This document shows positions 1-9,460 of a DNA stretch of 64,000 bases, one piece after another. The notes beneath the pieces are model-generated. The model was not told the origin of the DNA, ran no database searches, and worked only from the letters and a program-made list of their open reading frames with translations. The stretch spans positions 32,001 to 96,000 of the forward strand of contig CAVOVB010000004.1 of assembly GCA_963699755.1 (NCBI GenBank). The letters run 5' to 3'. The translations under genes and the position numbers were made by a program. The DNA comes from an uncultured delta proteobacterium (lineage in GTDB: Bacteria > Myxococcota_A > Polyangia > Polyangiales > Houyiibacteriaceae). Numbering within the stretch: the stretch's first letter is position 1; each line of letters begins with the position of its first letter.

Positions 1-247
1 CGCCGCCCGGTGTCCGGCAAACCAGTAACGAGGCGCGGCACCGAAAGGAATACGAACGTTTCGAACCTGGATCATGTCACTCTACAGAACGCTAGGCTAG
101 CATTCACCGATGCTCAGTAAAGGCGCCGGCGGTTTCGAGGCGATGGTCTCAGGCATGGTATCCTCCCGCCTGGCGCCAGGTTGGCGGATGATGCTGGTCG
201 ATCGGACGGTGATTGAGTTCGCCCTCAAGGAGGACATCTCGAAATCG

Positions 248-1723
248 ATGAAGCTTGCCGTGCTCGCGGTGATGCTGGCTCTCTTGTCGCAGGGCTGTCT
301 GCCCACGGATCAGGAGGCGCCATCGATCGAGCCTAGCGCAGTCATCAAGAAGATCGCCGGTCGCGGCATCGCTCCGCCGAACATCATTGTGATCGTGGCG
401 GACGACCTCGGATACGGTGACCTCGGATCCTACGGGGGCCGGGCGATTCGAACACCGGAGATCGACGCCCTCGCGAAGGACGGCATTCGGTTCACCGATT
501 TCCATGCGAGCGACTCGGTCTGCACGCCGTCACGGGCGGGGCTACTCACCGGTCGCTATCCGGCGCGGATGGGGTTGGACGTTCCGCTGATGCCCGAAAA
601 GATGTCCTGGTCGCACACGCTCACGATCGGCTTGGGCTATCTAGCGGGCAAGCTCGGCATCATCGACCTGGCGACGCAAGGCGCCGCCACCGGCCTGCAT
701 CAGAACGAGATCACTTTGGCGGAGGCCCTGCGGGTCGGCGGCTACGCAACTGGGATGGTCGGAAAGTGGCATCTCGGAGATTTTGCTTCCAACCCGGCGC
801 ACAATCCGCTCGAGCACGGTTTTGATTTCTATTTCGGAGTCCCGTACAGCAACGACATGCACCCGCTGCCACTGTATCGCAATCGGGAGCAGCTGGTCGC
901 CAACGTAGACGACCAGGCCGTTCTGACTGGGCGCTACACAGAAGAAGCCATCCGCTTCATCGCGTCATCGCGGGAAGGTCCGTTCTTTCTATACTTCGCG
1001 CACACCTTTCCCCACCGGCCGCTGTTCGCCTCTGATCGCTTCCAAAACCGCTCCAAGGGCGGCATCTTCGGTGACACGGTGGAGGAGGTCGACTGGAGCG
1101 TCGGTGAGCTGTTGGCAGCACTGGAGCAGTACGGACTTGCGGACAATACGCTGGTTGTCTTCACCAGTGACAATGGCCCTTGGTACCAGGGCAGCCCCGG
1201 CGGGTTTCGAGGCCGCAAGGGGCAGAGCTACGAGGGGGGTCACCGCGTGCCCTTTGTTGCTCGATGGCCTCGGCGAATCGCAGCTGGAACGATCTCAGAG
1301 GAGCCGGCCATGAACATCGACCTATTCCCGACCTGCCTTGCGCTTGCCGGGCTATCGTCGCCCGCGGATCGAACCGTCGATGGCCAGAACATTCTCGAGT
1401 TGCTCACTGTCCCAGACAGCGTGTCACCTCATCAATCGCTCTACTTCTACCACCAAGGGGAGCTCGAAGGCGTCCGCACCGGGAAGTGGAAGTATCTGCG
1501 CGCGATCAATCACTATGTCTGGCCCCTGCCTTTGAACAAGAAAAGCGGTGGAATGAGCGAGCACACCACGGGGCCGCTTCCCCTGCTGTTCAACCTCGAG
1601 ATCGACCCCGGAGAGTCATATGACTTGAGCGATAAGCACTCGGACGTGGCCCGGCGACTGGCCGACCGGATGACACAGTGGGAAGCGGACCTGGCAACCA
1701 ACCGAAAAGGGTGGAAGCGGTAG
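248..1723 (+). CDS. Arylsulfatase A-family sulfatase, probable lipoprotein
   Basis: PNIIVIVADDLG, formylglycine signature CTPSRAGLLTGRY, GKWHLG, SDNG, GRKG..YEGG.RVP. ATG at 248 follows AAGGAGG and opens a hydrophobic signal ending LLSQGC. Confidence 0.93.
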   Translation: MKLAVLAVMLALLSQGCLPTDQEAPSIEPSAVIKKIAGRGIAPPNIIVIVADDLGYGDLGSYGGRAIRTPEIDALAKDGIRFTDFHASDSVCTPSRAGLLTGRYPARMGLDVPLMPEKMSWSHTLTIGLGYLAGKLGIIDLATQGAATGLHQNEITLAEALRVGGYATGMVGKWHLGDFASNPAHNPLEHGFDFYFGVPYSNDMHPLPLYRNREQLVANVDDQAVLTGRYTEEAIRFIASSREGPFFLYFAHTFPHRPLFASDRFQNRSKGGIFGDTVEEVDWSVGELLAALEQYGLADNTLVVFTSDNGPWYQGSPGGFRGRKGQSYEGGHRVPFVARWPRRIAAGTISEEPAMNIDLFPTCLALAGLSSPADRTVDGQNILELLTVPDSVSPHQSLYFYHQGELEGVRTGKWKYLRAINHYVWPLPLNKKSGGMSEHTTGPLPLLFNLEIDPGESYDLSDKHSDVARRLADRMTQWEADLATNRKGWKR

Positions 1724-1832
1724 ACCGCCAGGTTTGCCGGGATGGCGCCGCTCCGGATGCTCCGGTGTTCTGGTGCAACGTCCGATGGCCGCTCCGACCG
1801 CGCCGAATCAACGCTAGGGCATGGACTTCATG

Positions 1833-3722
1833 TCAGGGCACTTCGTAGCTGGTGGCAGACAAGCACCTCGCACCCTGATATTCGATCAGCCCGTTGGGCG
1901 GAGTCAGTGTGATCAGGTCGCCCGAGCTGATCGGTTGGGGTGAGCCACTGAGGGGCCATGATTGCTGTGCTCCCGCTGGGACCTGGCCGTACGCGACGGG
2001 TGGATCGAAGCCGGTATCCGAGTACACACTCCAGATTGGTCCGGCGAGTGGGCTCAACACGATCAGCGCCTGGGCGCCCACTGCGGGATCCCATGTGATT
2101 TCGCCAGTGCCATCGTCGTAGTTGATTTCCGGGAGCGGAACGAAACAGAACCCGAGCTCGAGATTGAGGTTGATCGATTCGCTCGGACACGTGAGAAAGC
2201 TCCGACGCGACTCGTAGAAGAAACTAGCAAGACCATCGGACTCATTCACCGAGGCTGTTACCGCCAGCAAGGTAGCGTGCGCATTGGAGACCTCGAACTG
2301 GCCGCTGCCGTCGCTGAGAACAGCCGGCGCACAAGTAGCACCGCAGATGCCTTCCGCCAGGTCCGGATCGAGCAGCTCGTCTTCGGCGAACACCACGACG
2401 TTTGCAACCGGTGCACCTTCCCTACGCACAGTTCCGTCTACGGTGCAGATCCCCGGCTGCACCTCGTTCGCCGGAACCAGCCCGAGCTCCCCAATCACCA
2501 TGCAACCGCTCGGACAAGTGGCGGAATCGGTTGTGAGCTCGGTCTCACTGAAGCGGTAGGTCTTTCCGCCGTTCTGGAAGGTCAACAGTACGGAAAGGGT
2601 TTCACCGCTGGTTCCATTCCCGTCCAGGTCTTCGCCGGGTTTCTCCGATCGGCGGGCATCCACGCAGAACGATCCATCTTCTTTGGTGGTGAAGGGTTGC
2701 GAGTTGCCGATGAAATTCACTCCCCGGACTGTTCCGGTGGCTCCTTTGATGGGCTTGCCTTCTTCGTCCACCACAACCCCGCCCATGCATGTGTTGTCTT
2801 CCAGGGGCCAGTCCACGTTCCAGTACGAAAAATGGGTTACTTCGGCTTCGGCAAAGAGCGTTCCTGAGTAGGAGCCATCGTGAATGCTGGCCAGGTCCGC
2901 TTCGGCGATGAGCGCTCCTCCGGCGTCCCGAATCTGCCCGGTTCCCTCCATGACCCAGTCCCCAGCGATCTCGTCGAAGTAGAACATGGGTACGGTGACC
3001 CGGTCATCACCGGGCATGATGTCCACGATCGCTTCCCAGGTATCCCGAGGCATCCGCATGCTGATGGTCGCCGGCTCACCGGGCTGAAGCTCCTCGATCA
3101 GATCGCCGCTTTCGTCCCTGAGCTCGAATGCCCCGAAGACGGCCGAGATCAGCATATTGCCTTGATTGTCTGAAAAAGAACCCGGAAAACGGTCCGCGTC
3201 CGACGCGGGGTTGAAGACCTTGGCGTAGCCAGAAGACACCTGGATGCTGGTGATGGACACCGTTCCAGCATCGTCCCGGCACCGGCTGTTCTCGCACAGC
3301 AACTCTTCCATCTCCGTCAAGGTTCCGTCCAGCGTGACATCCGCAAGCGCCTCGACTTTCACCGTCCGGATCAATTTTGCGTATCGGTCTTCTTCGAAGG
3401 TGACAACGGTAGTCTTGCCCTCCTCAGCTGGAGCATTCAAAGAATACTTGCCGTCTTCGCCCGCAAGGCCGGATGCGCTTTCGTTTGCTTCGATGGAACC
3501 ATCTCCGTCCCGGTCAAGGCTGGCCGTGACTCGTGCACCGTCGGCTGGATGCACCCCCTGCCCAGACGAAGACAGCAGGAAGAGTTGACCGGCAACCACG
3601 ATGGTATCACCTGCCCCGCCCGCACCGGCGGAACCACCGCCGCCACCCTGCGTCTCACCGCAGCCAAGCAACGACACCAGGCCCAGCGCGCAGAGGCACA
3701 GGAATCCGAATAAGCAACGCAT
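1833..3722 (-). CDS. Secreted lipoprotein with carboxypeptidase-regulatory-like beta-sandwich domains and an HFSxWNxD motif
   Basis: Signal MRCLFGFLCLCALGLVSLLGC (lipobox), Gly-rich linker, GxVVDxxGxPIxGA and GxVxxxGxPVANV repeats, VTHFSYWNVD. Confidence 0.75.
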   Translation of the reverse strand: MRCLFGFLCLCALGLVSLLGCGETQGGGGGSAGAGGAGDTIVVAGQLFLLSSSGQGVHPADGARVTASLDRDGDGSIEANESASGLAGEDGKYSLNAPAEEGKTTVVTFEEDRYAKLIRTVKVEALADVTLDGTLTEMEELLCENSRCRDDAGTVSITSIQVSSGYAKVFNPASDADRFPGSFSDNQGNMLISAVFGAFELRDESGDLIEELQPGEPATISMRMPRDTWEAIVDIMPGDDRVTVPMFYFDEIAGDWVMEGTGQIRDAGGALIAEADLASIHDGSYSGTLFAEAEVTHFSYWNVDWPLEDNTCMGGVVVDEEGKPIKGATGTVRGVNFIGNSQPFTTKEDGSFCVDARRSEKPGEDLDGNGTSGETLSVLLTFQNGGKTYRFSETELTTDSATCPSGCMVIGELGLVPANEVQPGICTVDGTVRREGAPVANVVVFAEDELLDPDLAEGICGATCAPAVLSDGSGQFEVSNAHATLLAVTASVNESDGLASFFYESRRSFLTCPSESINLNLELGFCFVPLPEINYDDGTGEITWDPAVGAQALIVLSPLAGPIWSVYSDTGFDPPVAYGQVPAGAQQSWPLSGSPQPISSGDLITLTPPNGLIEYQGARCLSATSYEVP

Positions 3723-4045
3723 GAGAAATCCCCACTCCGGACCCACCCGACTCGGGCAGGTCACAGCGCAGATCATGCAACCTGGGTCGCCGTGGCGCCC
3801 GTGACTATTTGCATTCTCTTGCTTTGCTCACACGCGCAAAGGTTGCGCCACGATCGTCGGAAAGGTGTCGGGAAAGCATTCTGATTCCCACCGGTCGGCA
3901 TCAACGCGCGCAGCATTTGCGCTGCGTCTTTTGGCGGGTCGCAGCTCTCCAGCAGCAGGCTTCGGAAGCAACCTTTGGTCACCCTCCATTCGGCTGCCCC
4001 ATCCGCAATGGGCCACCCGGCAGAGTGGCCCACGGTAGGCAGCCA

Positions 4046-4941
4046 TCACCCGACGTCGTGCAACGGACTTCCATCTGCTGCGAGGACGACGAGGTTGCCC
4101 GAGTTGGCGACGTCCGGTGCACCATAGGTGGCAAAGAGGACCTCGGGTGACCCGTCCTGGTTGAGGTCTGCAACAACCGGCTCCGACGCGTACATGACTG
4201 CCTGACCGTGCATGTAGTTGAACCGCCACAAGAGATGCGCGCCCGCGTCGAATGTGTAGAGGAAACCGTCGTTGAGAGATACGATTATCTCGGGTCGGTC
4301 GTCGCCCTGGAGGTTCACCGTAACAGCCGCAGGAGCTCCGAGCGGCGGATGCCAACCATCGACAAGAATGGGATCTTCGCCACGCGGTAGATTCTCCCAT
4401 CCCGACGGGCGCATCGCGGAGCGCGAGCCGTCTTCTTGCGCTCCCTCGAGCACCATCAGTGCGTACGCTTGTGTTTCGTAGGGCTCGTGCATCTCGACGT
4501 TGGGGATTCCCAGCACCTCGTTGTCGCCGTCGCCATCGACATCGACGATGTTCGGCAGAGAGGCCGTCCACTAGAGCCATTCCGCCCAGGCCGGGTGCGG
4601 CCATTCGCCGCTGTGGTCATGATAGTGGTCCGCTTCGACCTGAGGGTCCGGCCAGCGGATGAACTGCCCCCAAGTCAGGCGTTGCCGTGCAAATTCCGAG
4701 CTACGGTTCGTGAACCAGGGTGCGCTAGCGAGGTTGGCGATGAACACCGCTCTTGCACCTCTCCCTGATTCTCCCCTGCCGCGCAGATCGCATCGCGCTC
4801 CCCTTCTGTGCTGCTGCCTCCGCCGCGTAGCCCGTTGTCGTTGCCCGCGCTGCTGCATGCGGTCGTTCGGACAAACAAGAGAAGAAGCGCAACTCCACGC
4901 CTGGGTCCCCAGTCTCCATCAATCCCCCGAGTGCCGAGCAT
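4046..4941 (-). pseudogene. Degraded FG-GAP/VCBS-repeat secreted protein
   Basis: Signal-like N-terminus (VALLLLFVRTTAC), then a frameshift. In-frame TAG at 4571-4573 (EWL*WTAS). FG-GAP motifs VDVDGDGDNEV, NLQGDDRPEII and ADLNQDGSPEV, then a premature end at 4046. Confidence 0.7.
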
Positions 4942-5189
4942 TCAACAATGCCCGCCATTAATTGTACCGGTCGAAAGAGGACTACCAAAGCCGCTTGCGT
5001 ATGGGTGAGCGCAATTCCGCGAACGCCTGCTTTCATGATGCGCATTGCCCTCGTGGCGCATGGGCTTCACCGGACCTCGGTTGCCAAATCAAGACGAAAT
5101 CGAGGCGCCTAGAATGCCCCCAGGCGCAAGATCTGCGCGAGTTGGCGATTGGAGTCGCCGGAAATTGCCCGGAGCTGTGGTTCATCCGA

Positions 5190-5205
5190 CGGCATGAACT
5201 TTGCG
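5190..5205 (+). promoter_or_regulatory. Sigma54 (-24/-12) promoter of the HPF-CSD/archease/rtcB operon
   Basis: CGGCATGAACTTTGCG matches TGGCACG-N4-TTGC with exact GG-N10-GC spacing. It lies ~30 bp before the ATG at 5234 (RBS GAGGAG at 5221). Confidence 0.65.
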
Positions 5206-5233
5206 TGGTCGAAGGATGACGAGGAGTCGATCG

Positions 5234-5800
5234 ATGCAACACCCCCTGCAAATCACGTTCAAAGAGATGGAGCCCTCCGAAGCCGTCGAGAAGTGGGTAG
5301 AGGAGCGTGCGGCCAAGCTGGAGAAGTCTTATGCACCCATCATCCACTGCCACGTGGTCATCGAGGCGCCTCATCGGCGTTCCCGCCATGGCCGACTCTA
5401 TGGGGTTCGGATCGACATCACCGTCCCGGGCGGTGAAGTCGTGGTGAGTCAGCAGGGGCCGAAGGACCACGCTCATGAGGACGTGTACGTCGCGCTTCGA
5501 GATGCTTTCCGTGCCGCTCGGCGTCAACTTCAAGATGTAGCCCGAAAGCAACGCCGGGAGGTCAAGCGGCATGAGCCCCAAAGGCGCGCGCAAGTCACCA
5601 AGCTCTATCTCGCGGAAGGCTACGGCTTTCTCGAGGGGAGTGACGAAGTCGAGGTCTATTTTCACCGTAATGCGGTGCTCCATGGGGCGTTCGACGACCT
5701 CCGCATCGGTAGCCTCGTGCGGTACGTGCTGGCAGAGGGTGAAGGCAAAGCCGGGCCACAAGCCAGCACGGTGGAGCTCATCGGCGAAGTGGAGCCATAG
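5234..5800 (+). CDS. HPF/RaiA (S30AE) ribosome-associated protein fused to a C-terminal cold-shock domain
   Basis: N-terminal LQITF..MEPSEAV....EERAAKLE and [19 protein letters not shown]-terminal CSD motifs GYGFL, VYFH and GPQASTV. Confidence 0.9.
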   Translation: MQHPLQITFKEMEPSEAVEKWVEERAAKLEKSYAPIIHCHVVIEAPHRRSRHGRLYGVRIDITVPGGEVVVSQQGPKDHAHEDVYVALRDAFRAARRQLQDVARKQRREVKRHEPQRRAQVTKLYLAEGYGFLEGSDEVEVYFHRNAVLHGAFDDLRIGSLVRYVLAEGEGKAGPQASTVELIGEVEP

Positions 5801-5804
5801 CCCA

Positions 5805-6236
5805 ATGACCTCGCGTCCGCAGCCGTGCTGGGAGCACTTTGCCCACGATGCGGACATTGGCGTTCGCGGCCGTGGGCAATCGCTGGACATCGCCTTCGAG
5901 CAGGCTGCGCTTGGACTCACCGCCCTCGTTACCGATCCGAGCCTCGTGCGAAGCGACGAGCGGGTAGAGATCAGCTGCGAGGCACCGACCCTAGACGTGC
6001 TCCTCGTCGACTGGCTCAATGCGCTCATCTACGAGATGACAACGCGGTCGATGTTGTTCGGCCGCTTTCGTGTCAAGATCGACCGGCTCACGCTATCTGC
6101 ATTGGCACAGGGCGAACCTGTCGACCGTCGGCGCCACGAGCCCGCGGTAGAACCCAAGGGCGCGACGTTCACCGAGCTCCGAGTCAGCCACGACGACGAA
6201 GGACAGTGGATCGCGCAATGCGTCGTCGATGTGTGA
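5805..6236 (+). CDS. Archease (RtcB cofactor)
   Basis: [33 protein letters not shown]-terminal VVDV. Starts 4 bp after the previous stop. Confidence 0.93.
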   Translation: MTSRPQPCWEHFAHDADIGVRGRGQSLDIAFEQAALGLTALVTDPSLVRSDERVEISCEAPTLDVLLVDWLNALIYEMTTRSMLFGRFRVKIDRLTLSALAQGEPVDRRRHEPAVEPKGATFTELRVSHDDEGQWIAQCVVDV

Positions 6237-6257
6237 ATCGGGGGGCTAGGAGGAAGC

Positions 6258-7688
6258 ATGGACATCAGCGCACTGCACCAGACATCCGAAGACCAATGGA
6301 TGCTCCGTGCCACGGGCAAGATGCGTGTTCCGGTGATCTTCTATGCCGACCGGACGCTGCTACAGGGAATGGATGAAAAGGTACGTGAGCAAGCCACCAA
6401 CGTTGCGACGTTGCCGGGGATTGTTCAGGCAAGCTATGTGATGCCCGACGGGCATTGGGGTTACGGCTTTCCCATCGGCGGAGTGGCCGCCTTCGATGCA
6501 AACGAAGGGGGTGTCGTATCGGCTGGGGGCGTGGGATTTGATATCTCCTGCGGTGTCCGCTGCTTGCTGACCGGATTGCAGACAGACGACATCGAGCCTG
6601 TGAAAGAGCAGCTTGCCGATGCGTTGTTCAGGCACATTCCGGCCGGTGTGGGAAGCACTGGTCACCTTCACCTCGACGAAGCCGAGATGTCCGCGATGCT
6701 ACTCGGCGGCGCGCGCTGGGCGGTCGATCGAGGATGGGGCTCAAGGGAGGATCTCGAGCGGATCGAGGAGCACGGTTGCATGCGCGGCGCGGAGCCGAAG
6801 CATGTGTCTCAAAAAGCGCGCGACAGACAGCGCGACGAGATGGGAACACTCGGCTCGGGAAACCACTACCTCGAGGTGCAGCGTGTCGCGGAGATCTTCG
6901 CGCCCGGCGTGGCCTCCGAGCTATCAATTGCGGAGGGCGACGTGGTCGTCGCCATTCACTGCGGGTCGAGGGGGCTTGGGCATCAGATTGGCACCGAGTA
7001 TCTGCGTGAGATGGCCATCACCTCCGAGGAGCACGGCATCGAGCTTCCCGATCGCGAGCTTGCTTGTGCTCCGTTGCGTTCCGAGGTGGGCCGTCGATAT
7101 CTCGGCGCCATGCGCGCTGGGATCAACTGCGCGCTCGCCAACCGGCAGATCATCACGCATCTCACGCGCCAGGTGTTTAGCGGCCTGTTGCCGAAGGCCG
7201 AGCTTCCGCTGCTCTACGATGTCTCCCACAACACCTGCAAAGAGGAAGAGCACGTCGTCGATGGCATGCGAAGGCGTTTGTTCGTTCATCGAAAGGGGGC
7301 CACACGCGCATTCGGGCCGGGACATCCCGAGCTGCCGGAACAGCTTCGCACGATCGGCCAACCGGTGTTGATCGGGGGCAGCATGGGAACCGAATCCTGG
7401 GTACTCGTCGGCACGGCAGGGGGCATGGTTCTCTCCTTTGGGTCTGCATGCCATGGTGCGGGGCGGCGGATGAGCCGCCACCGCGCCAAGAAGCAATGGC
7501 GCGGCAACAAGGTGATCCAGAATCTCGGACACCGCGGCATCATCGTTCGATCGGTCAGTATGCGAGGCGTCGCGGAGGAAGCACCCGGGGCGTACAAAGA
7601 CGTTCGCGTCGTGGTCGACTCCGCCGATCGAGCAGGGCTCGCGCGCAAGGTCGCACGCCTCGAGCCCATGGTGTGTATCAAGGGTTAG
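6258..7688 (+). CDS. rtcB: RtcB RNA 2',3'-cyclic-phosphate/5'-OH ligase
   Basis: MPDGH.GYGFPIG, GFDISCGVR, GTLGSGNHYLE, HCGSRG, DVSHN, HRKGAT, SACHGAGR, EEAP.AYKD. Strong RBS AGGAGG. Confidence 0.97.
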   Translation: MDISALHQTSEDQWMLRATGKMRVPVIFYADRTLLQGMDEKVREQATNVATLPGIVQASYVMPDGHWGYGFPIGGVAAFDANEGGVVSAGGVGFDISCGVRCLLTGLQTDDIEPVKEQLADALFRHIPAGVGSTGHLHLDEAEMSAMLLGGARWAVDRGWGSREDLERIEEHGCMRGAEPKHVSQKARDRQRDEMGTLGSGNHYLEVQRVAEIFAPGVASELSIAEGDVVVAIHCGSRGLGHQIGTEYLREMAITSEEHGIELPDRELACAPLRSEVGRRYLGAMRAGINCALANRQIITHLTRQVFSGLLPKAELPLLYDVSHNTCKEEEHVVDGMRRRLFVHRKGATRAFGPGHPELPEQLRTIGQPVLIGGSMGTESWVLVGTAGGMVLSFGSACHGAGRRMSRHRAKKQWRGNKVIQNLGHRGIIVRSVSMRGVAEEAPGAYKDVRVVVDSADRAGLARKVARLEPMVCIKG

Positions 7689-7696
7689 GTGTGCTC

Positions 7697-7713
7697 TAAC
7701 CCCACCCACGTTG
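7697..7713 (-). repeat. REP-like 17-mer, left inverted copy
   Basis: Minus strand reads CAACGTGGGTGGGGTTA, 14/17 identical to CAACCTGGGTGCGGTTG at 9482 and 9523. Confidence 0.6.
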
Positions 7714-7927
7714 ACTCGCGACTTCGCAGGATCGGTGGGTGAGCCGCGTGTCTCCGGGCGTCGGTTGTACGCAACGCGCCCGGGCTGAGGCAGAAAGCTT
7801 TTCAGTGCGGAAGCGCAGCCGAGGCTCCAGACCTGAAATCTGTGCTCGGAAGTGCCGCAAGAATGCGCCCATCCCTCGGCCGTCGCCCCACACGACTGCC
7901 GCGCTCACATCGATTGGAATGGACGCG

Positions 7928-8836
7928 CTACGACTGCGCCACGGCCCGGTGCACTCGGCACATGCACCAAGTGCCCTGTGGAAACACGACGCTGCGTAGC
8001 CCCGCGCGCCAATGCTCGAGTGCCTCTCGGTAGGCGTGCCGAAACGCGCGAAGCTCGGCCACGGCCTCAAAGAACATCTTCTTCTGCCCCCGCCCGACCG
8101 CAAAAGTCGGGTTTCGATCTCGGAGCAGCTCAAAACTCGTCGCCCTTCGATACGGCGAGAGTCGACGAATGCGGTCTGCCCCGAGAATGCGCCAACCATG
8201 CTTTCGGATCTCGAGGTGCGCCATTCGTTCTTGGCGCGCGAGCTCTTCTTGGACAGCCTCCCGCAGCGCCTCGGCGCTGTACCTTTGCTTCAGGCTCGGT
8301 GGCAGCGTGAGCGTTAGCGTACCGCAGTCAGGCCACCTTGCGTTCTTCGGGTTGAAGTATGCTTTCGGGCGCTTTGCCGTCCAAACCCGGCGCCCGAGCT
8401 CGTGCGGGAGCACCGTGATGCCGGGCCAGTCCCGTGCATGACGGACTAGACGCGCCTTGACGGGGTTGGCCATCACATACGCGAGCTTCTCGATGACGGC
8501 TTGCTCCGTCAGCAAGCGAACGACCGAGGCTTGCTCTGGCTCCCAGGTGGGCCCCTCCCACTTGCGAAGCACTTTGCTCCCGAGCGACACCAAGCGATGG
8601 AGGTGCCGAAGGAAATCAGGGTGCCGCCCCTTCGTGTCGGTGACGATCAGATGCTCGTGGGTCGACATGAGAGTGACGGCGTGCACGAGGATGCCGAACT
8701 GTCGAGCGCAGATCGCGAGCGTGTAGAGGTAGAGCTGGCGAATGGCGGAATCGGGGCGGAAGAGGTGATGGCGCCGAAGGGTCCGTCGGGTGATCATCAG
8801 GGTGTCGCCGGGGAGCACGAGGCGGGGTTGAGTCAT
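7928..8836 (-). mobile_element. REP-associated tyrosine (Y1/HUH) transposase, RAYT/TnpA-REP-like, with C-terminal extension
   Basis: ITRR N-terminal strand, HUH motif LMSTHEHLIV, catalytic Tyr in YVMANPVKARLV....DWP. Intact 302-aa ORF with no tnpB. Confidence 0.85.
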
Positions 8837-8940
8837 GGAACAGCTCGAGACGCATGAAGCGGGCCAGGTTTCCCGAATGTGATTTCAATACGTTGCGGTG
8901 GCTGCGGCTGGCGGATACCGTCGACCTCGTTGGCGGACGC

Positions 8941-9010
8941 CAACGTGGGTTAGGCACGTTCCATTGATTCTGCTCGGCGCAACCTGGGTTCGGTTGTCAG
9001 GGTTCGGTTG
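8941..9010 (+). repeat. Cluster of REP-like motifs upstream of RAYT
   Basis: CAACGTGGGT (8941-8950), CAACCTGGGTTCGGTTG (8980-8996) and partial GGGTTCGGTTG (9000-9010). Confidence 0.65.
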
Positions 9011-9460
9011 TTCACTTGAGCTCAGCAAAGTCGACAGTGCGCTCCAACAGTGGGGGCGACAACCGGTCGCTCCCGTCGGGCGCAAGAAGGCTTACTGTGC
9101 CGGTACACTCCGCCTTGCGGCGCTTCTGTCGGTCATGCGGAAGAACGAACCGGCAGTCGAACCGCGCCTACCCGCCTAGGACTCCGCGCACTTTGCGCTC
9201 TGTGACGGTCCCTTGTCCGAACCCTTCAACGTGGTGCAGTGCGTGCTGCGCCGCGTCCCCGTCGACAGATCGAGGACGGAACCTTGATTGCACGCAGTCT
9301 TCATCCAGCACCCTGTGCCCGGGCAACACAAACCCGACCAAGAGCACGTATCGATGGGTAAGTCGCGGTTCGAGCAAGGGCATTCATGGGGCTGCTATTC
9401 CCTTGTTCTCAGCGACGAAACGGGTCTCGGTGCACGTTGGATCTTGCTCGATTGACAGCA

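Noticed and set aside
139..225. Riboswitch-like segments upstream of the sulfatase (e.g. GGTGATTGAGTTCGCC)
   Set aside because: Only half-motifs are present, with no convincing AAC/GCUGAUG partner.
5144..5204. Fluoride-riboswitch-like sequence (GGCGATTGGAGTCGCC...GGCATGAACTTTGC)
   Set aside because: Both GAUG cores deviate, and the 3' part is better explained as the sigma54 promoter, which would place the element upstream of the TSS. A cmsearch against the Rfam fluoride model would settle it.
5033..6028. 331-aa minus-strand ORF, and similar long antisense ORFs (13629-14774, 38544-39617, 54602-55672, 56524-57801, 62276-63064)
   Set aside because: Shadow ORFs typical of high-GC DNA, lying opposite well-supported genes and lacking motifs.
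7928..8836. IS200/IS605 element with TnpB or an RNA guide
   Set aside because: No tnpB/iscB ORF; the motifs (NPVKA.LV, DW) are RAYT-type.
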